This document shows, piece after piece, positions 53,255-63,419 of a stretch of DNA of 64,000 nucleotides (position 1 is its first letter; every line of letters begins with the position of its first letter). The stretch comes from an uncultured Acidimicrobiales bacterium. GTDB taxonomy: Bacteria; Actinomycetota; Acidimicrobiia; Acidimicrobiales; SZUA-35. The notes under the pieces were generated by a model. That model saw only the letters and a list, made by a program, of their open reading frames with translations. It was not told the origin of the DNA and ran no database searches. Where the stretch lies: positions 46,968-110,967 of the forward strand of contig CAVOYW010000002.1 of NCBI GenBank assembly GCA_963700755.1. Direction: 5' to 3'. The position numbers were made by a program, and so were the translations under genes.

Positions 53255-55105
53255 TCAGGCGGCGCGGCGGGAGCGGGTCAGGTGGTCGGCGATGAACTGC
53301 GCCACCTCGCAGCCGCAGCCGTGGTCACCGCCCAGGGACGTCGCGGCACGGGGCGCCGAGCCCAGCAGACCGGCTGCGGCGCCCCCGGCACGAGTGGCCC
53401 GGAGCCCGTCGGCGACCGGGAACCAGCGTCCCTCGAAGATCGTGCCCCTGACCGGGATGCGACCGAGGTCGGCGGGGTCGACCTCGAACGGGTCGTCGCC
53501 CAGGACCGTGAAGGTGGCGAGCTTGCCGACCTCGATCGAGCCGAGCTCGTCTTCGCGCTGCCACGAGTGGGCGGCACCGATCGTGACCGCCTCGAGCGCC
53601 TGCTGCACCGAGATCCGCTGATCGGGTCCGGCCACCCGACCGTTGCCCGTGACGCGGTTGACGGCGAACGACGCCAGAGCGAGGGGGTCGCTCGGTCCCA
53701 TGGGAAGATCGGAGTGGAACGAGAGCGGGATGCCGCGCTCGACCACCGACGCGGACCGGACCATGACGTCGGCCCGCTCGGGGCCCAACCCGACCTCACC
53801 GTACTTGTCGGCGAAACCGACCGGGTAGTAGGGGTTGGCCGAGACGATGGCCCCCAACCGGGCGATGCGGTCGACCTGCTCTTCGGTCGAGTTGGCGAAG
53901 TGGACGACGACGGTTCGATGATCGATCCGGGGCCGACGTCGCATGGCGTCGTCGATCACGTCGAGCAGAACGTCGAGACCCAGATCGCCGTTGACGTGGA
54001 CATGGATCTGCCACCCGGCATCCCAGTACACGTCGAAGAACCGACGGAGCTCATCGGGCTCCATGATCCACTCGCCGTGATGATGCGGATCGCGGCGGCC
54101 CTCGGCGTCGAGGTAGCCGTCCCGCATCTGCATCAGCTGCGAGATGATGGCGCCGTCGGCGAACAGCTTCACCTGGCCCGACTCCACGCGAACCTTGCCG
54201 TCGGGGGCCCGGGCGATCTGGGTCAGGGCGTCGTCGACGGCGGTGGCGGGATCGAGGCCTCGAACCGATTGGGTTCGCCCGTCGACGAGGAACGTCGAGC
54301 CGAACGGCACGTCGTCGGCTCCCAGGATCTCCTGGTAGAGCTCCCAGGGTTCGATCGCCCAGGCGATGCCCGGTTCGTTGATGGCGGTCACGCCGTTCAT
54401 GTGGAGATAGTCGACCAGCTGTGACAGGCCGGCTCGGAACCGTTCCTCGGTGAGGAACCGGGGCATGAGGTACCGCGACAGCAGCACCATGAACCCGTTC
54501 TCCCAGAAATGACCCCGTTCGAGGTCGACCATGTCGCTGGCCGGCCCGTGACCGGCCATGTTCTCGGCCGTGATCCCGAGCGCGTCGATGGCGGCACTGT
54601 TGAGGTACCACTCGTGGCACGAGCGCTGCCAGACCGCCGTCGGGCGGTCACCGACGATGACGTCGAGCCGGGACCGGCTGAGGTCGCCGTGCCAGAGCGA
54701 ATGGAAGCCCCACGAGTAGAGCCACTCGCCGGGCTCGAGCGAGTCGTGGGCTTCGAGGAGTCGGGCGTCGTAGGCCTCGACCGTTTCGGCCGCGGGGAAG
54801 ACCCGCCGGGGCAGCACCCACGCCTCGGGTGCGATCACCTCGGTCGTCAGCGTGCTCGCCCCGAGCAACGGGTGGAGGTGTTGGTCGATCAGGCCTGGAA
54901 CCAGCACCGTGTCGACGAATCGGTCATCGAACTCGTGGCGGACGTCGCCGATTTCGGCCAGCACCTCGGTGACCGATCCGACAGCCACGATCCTGCCGTC
55001 GGCGACGGCAACGCTGTCGGCCCGAGGCCGAGTTGGATCCATCGTGATGACCGAACGGGCACGAAGAATCCTCGTCGTACCGGTACCGGTCTCGTCGTTG
55101 GTCAC
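53255..55105 (-). CDS. Amidohydrolase-3 family (large metal-dependent TIM-barrel hydrolase)
   Basis: The motifs are VPGLIDQHLHPL, QIHVHVNGD, VVVHFAN and SFHSDLP. The start is GTG at 55105 (VTNDETG), with ATG 55174 as an alternative. Confidence 0.85.
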   Translation of the reverse strand: MTNDETGTGTTRILRARSVITMDPTRPRADSVAVADGRIVAVGSVTEVLAEIGDVRHEFDDRFVDTVLVPGLIDQHLHPLLGASTLTTEVIAPEAWVLPRRVFPAAETVEAYDARLLEAHDSLEPGEWLYSWGFHSLWHGDLSRSRLDVIVGDRPTAVWQRSCHEWYLNSAAIDALGITAENMAGHGPASDMVDLERGHFWENGFMVLLSRYLMPRFLTEERFRAGLSQLVDYLHMNGVTAINEPGIAWAIEPWELYQEILGADDVPFGSTFLVDGRTQSVRGLDPATAVDDALTQIARAPDGKVRVESGQVKLFADGAIISQLMQMRDGYLDAEGRRDPHHHGEWIMEPDELRRFFDVYWDAGWQIHVHVNGDLGLDVLLDVIDDAMRRRPRIDHRTVVVHFANSTEEQVDRIARLGAIVSANPYYPVGFADKYGEVGLGPERADVMVRSASVVERGIPLSFHSDLPMGPSDPLALASFAVNRVTGNGRVAGPDQRISVQQALEAVTIGAAHSWQREDELGSIEVGKLATFTVLGDDPFEVDPADLGRIPVRGTIFEGRWFPVADGLRATRAGGAAAGLLGSAPRAATSLGGDHGCGCEVAQFIADHLTRSRRAA

Positions 55106-55263
55106 GGCGAGAAACGTAGGGGCCGGCCGTCGTCGCCGCAACCGGAGTCGACCGTGCCGTTCGGGTCGCCTCATCAGGGGTACGGTGGAGTCCGGGCCCG
55201 CAGCAGGGGCGCCGGATGAGGCGTCGGCCGGGGGCCGACCAGGGGTCGGGAGACCGGCAGCAA

Positions 55264-55319
55264 CACATCGCCACATCGCCACATCGCCACATCGGGGCAT
55301 CGAGGCATCGAGGATCGGG
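55264..55319. repeat. Tandem array, 7 x 8 bp with a CATCG core (CACATCGC x3, CACATCGG, GGCATCGA x2, GGATCGGG)
   Basis: Read directly from the sequence. The array ends 8 nt before ATG 55327. Confidence 0.9.
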
Positions 55320-55326
55320 GGACAGC

Positions 55327-58300
55327 ATGGCCATTCCGTCGGGCGACTACCGCATCGAGAACCGGTATGCCGAGGAGTCGGGTCGCGTGATCCTGACCGG
55401 CGTGCAGGCGCTCGCCCGCCTGCCGATCGAGCAGCTGCGGGCCGATCGGCTCACCGGCCGCCACACGGCGGCCTTCGTCAGTGGATACCAGGGTTCACCG
55501 CTCGGCGGCATGGGGGAGGAGGCCGCCAGGGCGGCCCGTCTCGCCCCCGATCTCGAGATCGTGGTTCGGCCCGGCACCAACGAAGAGTTGGCGGCAACGG
55601 CGGTCATGGGGTCGCAGTTGGCGTCGTCGCAGCCCGATGCCCGTCACGACGGCGTGGTCGGGATCTGGTACGGGAAGGCCCCAGGCGTCGATCGGGCCGT
55701 TGATGCCCTGCGGCATGCGGTCTACGCCGGTACGTCACGCTGGGGCGGCGCGGTTGCGCTCGTCGGTGACGACCCGAACGCCAAGAGTTCGACCATTCCC
55801 TCGTCGTCGGCAGGCGTGGTTGCCGACATGCACATGCCGCTGCTGTACCCGGGGGATCCCTCCGAGGTACTCGATCTCGGACGCCATGCCATCGCGCTGT
55901 CCCGTTTCAGCGGGCTCTGGACCGCCATCAAGATCGTGGCCGACGTCGCCGACGGGATGGCCTCGGTCGATCTGGCCCCCGACCGCGTGCGGCCGCTGGC
56001 TCCCGACGGTTTCGACGAGGCCACTCGACGCCGTCCCGACGGTCGTCTCCTGACACCTCGCACCGTCGAACTCGAGCAGGAGATCTACGACATCCGCTAC
56101 CCGCTGGCCGTGAGCTACGCATCGAAGAACAACCTCAACTCCACCACCGTCGACCCCTCCGACGCATGGATCGGAATCGCCGCTTCGGGCATCACCTACC
56201 GCGAGGTCCGTGAGGCGCTGTCCCGTCTCGGTCTCGCCTCCGACGACGACATTGCTGCAGCCGGCATTCGCCTCCTGCGCATGCACATGCCGATCCCGTT
56301 CGATCCCGAGACGATCCGTCACTTCGCCCGAGGCGTCGAGACACTTCTGGTCGTCGAAGAAAAGCAGCCATTCGTCGAGGCGCTGATCACGCAAGCGCTC
56401 TACTCGTCGCCGCACCGACCCGCGGTACTGGGCAAACACGATCATCGTGGAGCACCGCTGTTCAGGACCTACGGCCACCTCGACGCCGACGAGATCATCG
56501 GCCCGCTCCGGCGGGTCCTGTCCGAACGCGTCGCCGATCGGCTGGTGCCCGAGAAGCCGGCGCGGCAGCGCATCCCGGTCGACGTCGGAACGACCCGATC
56601 CCCCTACTACTGCTCGGGTTGCCCTCACAATCGCAGCACCGAGGTGCCCGAGGGATCGTTGGTGGGTGCCGGGATCGGGTGCCACACGATGGCGCTCCTG
56701 ATGGACGAGCATCGGGTCGGCGACATCGCCGGTATCACGTGCATGGGCAACGAGGGAACCCAGTGGATCGGCATGGCCGAGTTCGTCGAGCGGGACCACT
56801 TCATCCAGAACCTCGGCGACGGCACCTACTTCCACAGCGGTCAGGTCGCCATCCAGGCCGCTCGGGCCGCCGGTGTCAACATCACCTACAAACTGCTCTA
56901 CAACGGCACGGTGGCCATGACCGGTGGCCAGGATCCGCAGGGTCAGCTCGGCGTCGGACAGGTCGCGGCCATGCTCCGGTCGAGCGGTGTGTCACAGGTG
57001 CTGGTCACGACCGACGAGCCGTCGAAGTACGCCCGGGGTGAACTGCCGCCGGGCGTCGAGGTGTGGGACCGCACCCGGATCGTCGAGGCCCAGGAGGCCC
57101 TGGCCCGTGTCCCCGGGGTGACGGTGCTCATCCACGATCAACGCTGTGCCGCCGAGCTGCGCCGTGATCGCAAGCGGGGTACGGTCGTCGCCCCGACCCA
57201 GCGGGTGGTGATCAACCACCGCATCTGCGAGGGCTGCGGCGACTGCGGTCAGGTGAGCAACTGTCTGTCGGTGCAGCCGCTCGATACCGCGTACGGCCGC
57301 AAGACCACGATCGACCAGTCGACCTGCAACCTCGACTTCTCGTGTCTCGAAGGCGATTGCCCGTCGTTCATGACCATCGAACTCGACGACGCCCCACGGG
57401 TCGCGAGTGCTTCGGCGTTCACGGCGCCGGCCTCACCCGAGCCGACGCTGGTCGTGCCGGCCGACCACTTCTCGATGCGGATCACCGGTATCGGCGGGAC
57501 GGGAATCGTCACGGTGTCGCAGATCATCGGGACCGCAGGGATGCTCGATGGCTACACCGTCACCGGGCTCGATCAGATCGGGCTGTCGCAGAAGGCCGGA
57601 CCGGTCGTCAGCGATGTCCGGTTGTCGAGACTGGGACCCGACGCCACGAATCGACTGGGACGCGAACAGGCCGACCTCCTCCTGGCCTGTGACCAGCTCG
57701 TTGCGGCCACCGACCGCTCGCTCGACGTCTGCTCACCGGGCCATACCGTGGTGGTGGGCTCGACGGCCTCGACCCCGACCGGCGAGATGATCCTCGACCC
57801 CGAACGCCACCTGGCCTCGCCCGAGGAATTGGCAGCGGTGATCGCTTCGGAGACCGCCGCCGAACACCACGTCTGGGCCGATGCCGAGGCCATCACCATC
57901 GCCTTGTTCGGTGACGCCGTCATGGCCAACACCTTCGTGCTCGGCATGGCCGTCCAGGCCGGTGCCCTCCCCGTCTCGTCGGCGTCGCTGCGCCGAGCCA
58001 TCGAGCTGAACGGTGTTGCCGTCGACAAGAACCTCGCCGCCTTCGACTGGGGGCGGGCCCACGTGCACGACCCGTCCTCGACCGAGCATCTGCGGGCCGC
58101 CGCCCCGGTGATGTCGGTCGAGCTCCCAGCTGCTTTGGCGGCCCGGGTCGATGAGCTCGGGGCGATCACGGGCCTGCGACCCGATCTGATTCGGCTGGTC
58201 GACGATCTGATCGGCTTCCAGGACGAGACCACGGCGGCCGGCTATCTCGACCTCATCGAGCGAGTGGCCAAGGCCGACGCCGACATCGGTCGGGGCTTCG

Positions 58301-58794
58301 AGCTGACCCGTGCCGCCGCGATCAACCTGCACAAGGTCACGGCCTACAAGGACGAATACGAGGTCGCCCGACTGATGCTTGCCGACGAGGGTTTGGCCGA
58401 GGCCCGCCGACTCGCCGGTTCGGACAGCCGGATCCGGTACCGGCTGCACCCGCCGATGCTGAGGGCCTTGGGTATGCATCGCAAGTTGGCGGTGCCGGTG
58501 AAGGCGGGTGCCGCCTTCGGTGTGCTGGCCAAGGGCAAACGGCTGCGGGGAACCAAGCTCGATCCGTTCCGATTCCCCGAGGTCCGACGGATCGAACGGG
58601 AACTCGTCGGCGAGTACCGCCAAACGCTCGGGCGCCTGATCTGCGGGCTCGACGAATCGAACTACGACCTCGCCGTCGAGATAGCGGGCCTGCCCGACAT
58701 CGTGCGGGGTTACGAAGAGCTGAAGATCGAGCGGGCGGGCGAATACCGTCGTCGAAGCGTCGAGCTGATGTCGAGGTTCCACGGGCGGCCCTGA
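55327..58794 (+). CDS. Indolepyruvate:ferredoxin oxidoreductase family protein (fused IorA/IorB, 1155 aa)
   Basis: The motifs are RVILTGVQALARLPIEQ, YQGSPLGG, YCSGCPHN, GIGCHTM, GDGTYFHSG and a CEGCGDCG ferredoxin-like cluster. Confidence 0.9.
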   Translation: MAIPSGDYRIENRYAEESGRVILTGVQALARLPIEQLRADRLTGRHTAAFVSGYQGSPLGGMGEEAARAARLAPDLEIVVRPGTNEELAATAVMGSQLASSQPDARHDGVVGIWYGKAPGVDRAVDALRHAVYAGTSRWGGAVALVGDDPNAKSSTIPSSSAGVVADMHMPLLYPGDPSEVLDLGRHAIALSRFSGLWTAIKIVADVADGMASVDLAPDRVRPLAPDGFDEATRRRPDGRLLTPRTVELEQEIYDIRYPLAVSYASKNNLNSTTVDPSDAWIGIAASGITYREVREALSRLGLASDDDIAAAGIRLLRMHMPIPFDPETIRHFARGVETLLVVEEKQPFVEALITQALYSSPHRPAVLGKHDHRGAPLFRTYGHLDADEIIGPLRRVLSERVADRLVPEKPARQRIPVDVGTTRSPYYCSGCPHNRSTEVPEGSLVGAGIGCHTMALLMDEHRVGDIAGITCMGNEGTQWIGMAEFVERDHFIQNLGDGTYFHSGQVAIQAARAAGVNITYKLLYNGTVAMTGGQDPQGQLGVGQVAAMLRSSGVSQVLVTTDEPSKYARGELPPGVEVWDRTRIVEAQEALARVPGVTVLIHDQRCAAELRRDRKRGTVVAPTQRVVINHRICEGCGDCGQVSNCLSVQPLDTAYGRKTTIDQSTCNLDFSCLEGDCPSFMTIELDDAPRVASASAFTAPASPEPTLVVPADHFSMRITGIGGTGIVTVSQIIGTAGMLDGYTVTGLDQIGLSQKAGPVVSDVRLSRLGPDATNRLGREQADLLLACDQLVAATDRSLDVCSPGHTVVVGSTASTPTGEMILDPERHLASPEELAAVIASETAAEHHVWADAEAITIALFGDAVMANTFVLGMAVQAGALPVSSASLRRAIELNGVAVDKNLAAFDWGRAHVHDPSSTEHLRAAAPVMSVELPAALAARVDELGAITGLRPDLIRLVDDLIGFQDETTAAGYLDLIERVAKADADIGRGFELTRAAAINLHKVTAYKDEYEVARLMLADEGLAEARRLAGSDSRIRYRLHPPMLRALGMHRKLAVPVKAGAAFGVLAKGKRLRGTKLDPFRFPEVRRIERELVGEYRQTLGRLICGLDESNYDLAVEIAGLPDIVRGYEELKIERAGEYRRRSVELMSRFHGRP

Positions 58795-58876
58795 GAGCCG
58801 CCGACCGTCTGCCGGCCGTCCAACATGGAACGGTCGAAACCGTGCCGAGTCGCCCGACTGGCGGGCCCGGATCGGC

Positions 58877-59896
58877 TCAGCGGCCCTCGACCGGTGTGAG
58901 CCAGCCGTGGGTGTCTTCGGCCTTGCCGATCTGGATGTCGGTGAGTGCCTCGCGCAGCCGGAGGGTGTTCGGTCCGGGTTGTCCGTCCTGCACGGTCTTG
59001 GTCCGGTCGGCGTCGACGAGGGTGCCGACGGGTGCGATGACGGCGGCGGTGCCCGAGAGGAACACCTCGCCGTCCCAGGCGAAGAGTTCGTCGAGCGGGA
59101 TCGAGCGTTCCTCGACGGTGTACCCGAGGTCGTGTCCGATCTGGATGACCGATTTGCGGGTCACGCCGTGCAGGAACGAGTCGTCGAGGTGACGGGTGAT
59201 CAGGCGGTCGTCGTCGACGAGGAAGAAGTTGGACGCACCGGTCTCGGTGGTGTCGCCACCGGTGGCGAACAGCACCTGGTCGACGCCGTACTTCGCCTTG
59301 GCCTCGAGGGTCGGTCCGAGCGCCATCACGTAGTTGGCTCCGCTCTTGACCATGCCGAACTGTGGTGTGGTGCGTGGGGTGACGGTTTCGACGTAGATGC
59401 TGAGCGGGCGGATCCCGCCGGCGAAATAGTCGCCGACGGGTGAGTTGATGACGTAGAAGATGCCGGTGGAACTCGGGGCGGCGGCGGCACCGATGTTCTC
59501 CTGGGTGCCGATCAGGGTGGGACGGACGTAGAGCGAACCCGGGGGCATCGGTGTCGCCGCCGCATTGGCCGAGCAGGCATCGATGATCATCCGACGAACC
59601 ATCTCGGGCTCGGGAACTCGCATCATGAGGCGGCGGACCGACTGTTCGAATCGGGCAACGTGGTCGTCGAGCCGGAAGATGGCGACCGAGCCGTCGATCT
59701 GGCGATGCGCCTTCAGGCCCTCGAAGCACTCCGACGCATAGTGGAACACGTGGGCTCCGGGATGCATCTCGAACGGCCGGAGTGGTTCGGCCGAGCCCGA
59801 ATACACATAGCCGTCGCCGTCGTCGACGGCGACGGTGAACGAGTCGGCGAAGAGCGAGCCGAAGGGGGCGGTGGCGGGATCGAGGTCTTGGGTCAT
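58877..59896 (-). CDS. ilvE: Branched-chain amino acid aminotransferase
   Basis: The motifs are HYASECFEGLKA, YVRPTLIG, KSGANY, ETGASNFF, GVTRKS and LSGTAA. Confidence 0.9.
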   Translation of the reverse strand: MTQDLDPATAPFGSLFADSFTVAVDDGDGYVYSGSAEPLRPFEMHPGAHVFHYASECFEGLKAHRQIDGSVAIFRLDDHVARFEQSVRRLMMRVPEPEMVRRMIIDACSANAAATPMPPGSLYVRPTLIGTQENIGAAAAPSSTGIFYVINSPVGDYFAGGIRPLSIYVETVTPRTTPQFGMVKSGANYVMALGPTLEAKAKYGVDQVLFATGGDTTETGASNFFLVDDDRLITRHLDDSFLHGVTRKSVIQIGHDLGYTVEERSIPLDELFAWDGEVFLSGTAAVIAPVGTLVDADRTKTVQDGQPGPNTLRLREALTDIQIGKAEDTHGWLTPVEGR

Positions 59897-60089
59897 GGGC
59901 GGCGCATTCCGATCGGATTCCGGGAAGCCCCAAGACTACGCCGCGTCGACGCCACTGTCGGCTTCGTTTCGATCGCGCGGTCGGTCACCGGTCCGCCCTG
60001 AGCCGCGTCGACCGGTGGGGCCTCGGACGTGTCGACCGCAGACGTGGAACTCGCCCGACCGTTCGTGGGTGCGGCGCTGCAGGCTGGTC

Positions 60090-60767
60090 TCAGATGGGAA
60101 CGTCGCCGCCGGCGATGTCTTCGAGGAGCCCGGTGTCGACGATGGTGATCCGTCCTCGGCCCGTCGCGATCGCCCCGGCCCGTCGCAACAGCGCCAGCGA
60201 CCGTGCGGCCGCCTCACGGGTGGCGCCCACCCATGCCGCGACCTCGTCCTGGGTGACGGGCACCTCGATCGATGTCCCGTTCCCATGCCGTTCGAACTTG
60301 GTGCCCAACTCGACGAGGAGATTGGCCACCCGTTGGTTGGAGGTCTCGGCCGATCGGGCGGAGAGCCGTATGTTGGCCCGCATGAGGTGCGAGACCAGTT
60401 CCCGCAGGACGACGAGGGCCAGATCCGACTCGCCGTCGAGCGCATCGAGGAAGGCCGGGCCGGGGAGGCAGTGGACCACGGTCGGTTCCATCGCCTGCGC
60501 AGTCGCGGATCGCACCGATCGGGAGATGGCCGAGAGTTCACCGAATCCCTCGACCGGGGTCTTCGTGCCCAGGATGACCTCTCGGCCGTTCGGCGAGGTG
60601 ACGAACAGGTTGATGCGGCCCTTCGTGCAGGCATAGACGGTCGACGACCGTTCGCCCTGCAAGAAGAGCGTCTCGCCGGCGTCGAGATGCTGCGGTTCAC
60701 CGCGGTGGGTGACGAACGCACCCAGCGCCATTCGGTGCTCGGCACCGGGCGGTGGCGGGCGATTCAC
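60090..60767 (-). CDS. Crp/Fnr-family transcriptional regulator
   Basis: It has a cNMP-binding fold (GFGELSAISRSVRSATAQA) and a C-terminal HTH (TQDEVAAWVGATREAAARSLALLRRAG). ATG 60731 is an alternative start. Confidence 0.85.
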   Translation of the reverse strand: MNRPPPPGAEHRMALGAFVTHRGEPQHLDAGETLFLQGERSSTVYACTKGRINLFVTSPNGREVILGTKTPVEGFGELSAISRSVRSATAQAMEPTVVHCLPGPAFLDALDGESDLALVVLRELVSHLMRANIRLSARSAETSNQRVANLLVELGTKFERHGNGTSIEVPVTQDEVAAWVGATREAAARSLALLRRAGAIATGRGRITIVDTGLLEDIAGGDVPI

Positions 60768-60880
60768 GAGATTCCTTCGTGCCGTGTGATGGCCGTCATG
60801 GAAGAGCCCTCCTCATCGGCGCAGAGTGATCGTAGCGCTCGCAACCGATGCGGGTGGGAGGATCAGGACAGGGGAGTCCA

Positions 60881-61117
60881 ATGCTCATCATCAGCCATCG
60901 CTCACATCAACCGATCGAAGTCGGCGCTTCGGTCGAGACACGGACCGCTGCCGATCATGCGGGACGAATCACGGCCACACTCTCGGCCTTCTTCCATCGC
61001 CTGGTCGCCTTTGCCCGGATGACACCGGAGTTCCACAACACCCCCGAGCAGCGGATCGAGCGGGCCAACTTCATGGCCCACCGTGATCAGGTCCGGTCGG
61101 AGACCTTCTTCCGCTGA
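60881..61117 (+). CDS. Small hypothetical protein (78 aa)
   Basis: ATG at 60881 follows AGGGGAG. The translation is non-repetitive. I recognise no family. Confidence 0.3.
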   Translation: MLIISHRSHQPIEVGASVETRTAADHAGRITATLSAFFHRLVAFARMTPEFHNTPEQRIERANFMAHRDQVRSETFFR

Positions 61118-61217
61118 GGGGTCAGGGGGCGGGCTGGATCTGCCGATCCTCACCGATCCGTTGCTGGGCTAGCGTTGCCGACGCAGCGCCGGGCGCAGCC
61201 GGAGCCGGAGAGGATCG

Positions 61218-62468
61218 ATGATGACCCAGTTCGCGACCAACCGACTCGCTCTCGATCGGGAATGGCGGGATCGTGCCGCCTCGGTGATCCCCGGCGGGAT
61301 GTACGGCCATCAGAGTGCGGTTCACCTGCCCGACGCCTACCCCCAGTTCTTCGAACGGGGCGAGGGTTCGCACATCTGGGACGTCGACGGCAACGAATAC
61401 ATCGACTTCATGTGCAGCTATGGGCCGATCATCATGGGGCATCACCACCCAGGCATCGATGCTGCGGCCCAGGCCCAGGCGGCGCTGGCCGACTGCCAGA
61501 ACGGGCCGGCCACGGTTGCGGTGGAACTGGCCGAGCGGCTCGTCGAGCGGGTGAGTCACGCCGAATGGGCGATCTTCTCGAAGAACGGGACCGATGCGAC
61601 GACGGCATGTGTCACCATCGCCCGGGCGGCCACCCGACGAGGCCAGGTGCTCGTCGCCAAGGGCGCCTATCACGGTGCCGCCCCGTGGTGCACGCCGAAT
61701 CCCAATGGGGTGATGCCCGAAGACCGGGCCCATCTCGATCACTACCGGTTCAACGACCTCGACTCCGTGATTGCCGCCGTCGAGCGGGCCGGCGACGATC
61801 TCGCCGCCATCGTCGTGTCGCCGTTTCGTCACGACGCTCGCCACGAGCAGGAACTGGTCGATCCCGACTTCGCCCGTGGGCTGCGCCGCATCTGCGATGA
61901 CACCGGCGCGGCGCTGATCCTCGACGACGTCCGATGCGGGTTCCGACTCTCGACCGGTGGCAGCTGGGAAACGATCGGCGTCGAGCCGGATCTGTCGGCG
62001 TGGAGCAAGGGCATCGCCAACGGGTACGCACTCGCGGCGGTCCTCGGCAACGACCGGTTCCGAGACGGCGCGGCCAGGATCTTCGTGACGGGTTCGTTCT
62101 GGTTCTCGGCGGTGTCGATGGCCGCGTCGCTCGCCACCCTCGACGCACTCGTCGCCGAGCACGCCATCGAGACGATGGTGTCGACCGGGCAGCGGCTCCG
62201 TGACGGGTTGGCCTCGCAGGCCTCGAGTCATGGACTCGTGATCAACCAGACCGGGCCCGTCCAGATGCCGCTGCTCACCTTCGCCGACGACGCCGACTTC
62301 GCCAAGGCCAATCTCTGGGCCAACGAGGCGGTTCGTCGGGGTACCTATGTGCACCCCTGGCACAACTGGTTCATGAGCGCCGCCCACACGACCGACGACA
62401 TCGACCGGGCGTTGCTGGCCACCGACGACGCATTCGCCGCGGTCGTTGCCGCCCACGGCCGGAGCTGA
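61218..62468 (+). CDS. Class-III PLP aminotransferase (glutamate-1-semialdehyde aminomutase-like)
   Basis: The motifs are DVDGNEYIDFMCSYGPIIMGH, SKNGTDAT, LILDDVRCGFR and the PLP-Lys segment WSKGIANG. Confidence 0.9.
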   Translation: MMTQFATNRLALDREWRDRAASVIPGGMYGHQSAVHLPDAYPQFFERGEGSHIWDVDGNEYIDFMCSYGPIIMGHHHPGIDAAAQAQAALADCQNGPATVAVELAERLVERVSHAEWAIFSKNGTDATTACVTIARAATRRGQVLVAKGAYHGAAPWCTPNPNGVMPEDRAHLDHYRFNDLDSVIAAVERAGDDLAAIVVSPFRHDARHEQELVDPDFARGLRRICDDTGAALILDDVRCGFRLSTGGSWETIGVEPDLSAWSKGIANGYALAAVLGNDRFRDGAARIFVTGSFWFSAVSMAASLATLDALVAEHAIETMVSTGQRLRDGLASQASSHGLVINQTGPVQMPLLTFADDADFAKANLWANEAVRRGTYVHPWHNWFMSAAHTTDDIDRALLATDDAFAAVVAAHGRS

Positions 62469-62474
62469 CCGCGT

Positions 62475-63374
62475 TCAGGGGCCCAGCAGGAGTTCTCGGA
62501 ACGGCGCAACGCCGCCGGGCAGGGCCTCGGTGCTCTCGACGAAGTCCCGGATGGTCTCGACGAGACGGGCCGGATCCTCGACGTGGGGGAAGTGGCCGCA
62601 ACCCTCGAACACCTCGAGCCGGCTGTGGGGAATGGCCTCGTGAGCGGCTCGGGCGTGGGCGATCGGGATGATCGGATCGCGATCACCCCACACGATCAGG
62701 GTCGGCATCGCAGCCGCCAGGTACAGACGATCGGTGGCGTTCACGGTCTGCCCGCCGGGGTCGATCACCGATCGAAGGGTCCGCACGAAAGCACGCCGGT
62801 TCTCGGCCTGGCTGAGCGAGGAGTAGGCCCGCCACATCTCGCCCAGTTGGGGGATGCCGAAGCCACGGTCGTGGATCGCCTGGCTGATCGCGTCGCCTGG
62901 CTCGCGAACGAAGTTGGGGAAGATGAGCGGCATCAGGTATTCGGCGCCCGGTAGCGTCAAGATTCGCAGCAACCAACTGACCTCGCGCCCCAGCCCTCCG
63001 CTTCCGACCAGGACCAGACGGTCGACCAGCTCGGGGTGTTGGTAGGCCAGTTGCATCGCCACCCCGCCACCGAGCGAATGGCCGACGACGGTCACCGGTC
63101 CGATGCCGAGCACGGCGAGTAGGTCACGGAGTCCGCTGGCGAAGGCCCCCAACGAGTAGTCACCCATCGGCTTGGCCGACTCACCGTGCCCGATCAGGTC
63201 GGGTGCGAGAACCGTGTAGTCCTCGGCCAGCGCCGGCATCACGTTCTTCCAGGTCCGGGAGTTGCCGGCCATCCCGTGGATCAGCAGGATCGTCGGGCGT
63301 GATGGGTCGGACTCGGACAGCCGGTACGTGACGTCGTGCCCGTGGATCGTGACATGGCGCGCCGGAATGCTCAT
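62475..63374 (-). CDS. Alpha/beta-fold hydrolase
   Basis: The motifs are LLIHGMAGNS, the nucleophile elbow VGHSLGG, and the C-terminal GCGHFPH. Confidence 0.9.
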   Translation of the reverse strand: MSIPARHVTIHGHDVTYRLSESDPSRPTILLIHGMAGNSRTWKNVMPALAEDYTVLAPDLIGHGESAKPMGDYSLGAFASGLRDLLAVLGIGPVTVVGHSLGGGVAMQLAYQHPELVDRLVLVGSGGLGREVSWLLRILTLPGAEYLMPLIFPNFVREPGDAISQAIHDRGFGIPQLGEMWRAYSSLSQAENRRAFVRTLRSVIDPGGQTVNATDRLYLAAAMPTLIVWGDRDPIIPIAHARAAHEAIPHSRLEVFEGCGHFPHVEDPARLVETIRDFVESTEALPGGVAPFRELLLGP

Positions 63375-63419
63375 GCCATCAAGTTACTCCTGGGTAACCG
63401 GGGTGCCCAGGGTACGAGG

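Noticed and set aside
53019-53621. A 200-aa plus-strand ORF translating the G-rich array as a (GWVGRSGAV)n protein
   Set aside because: The second half is antisense to the amidohydrolase-3 gene. The repeat translation is an artefact of the GGGGTGGGT DNA repeat. No start context is present.
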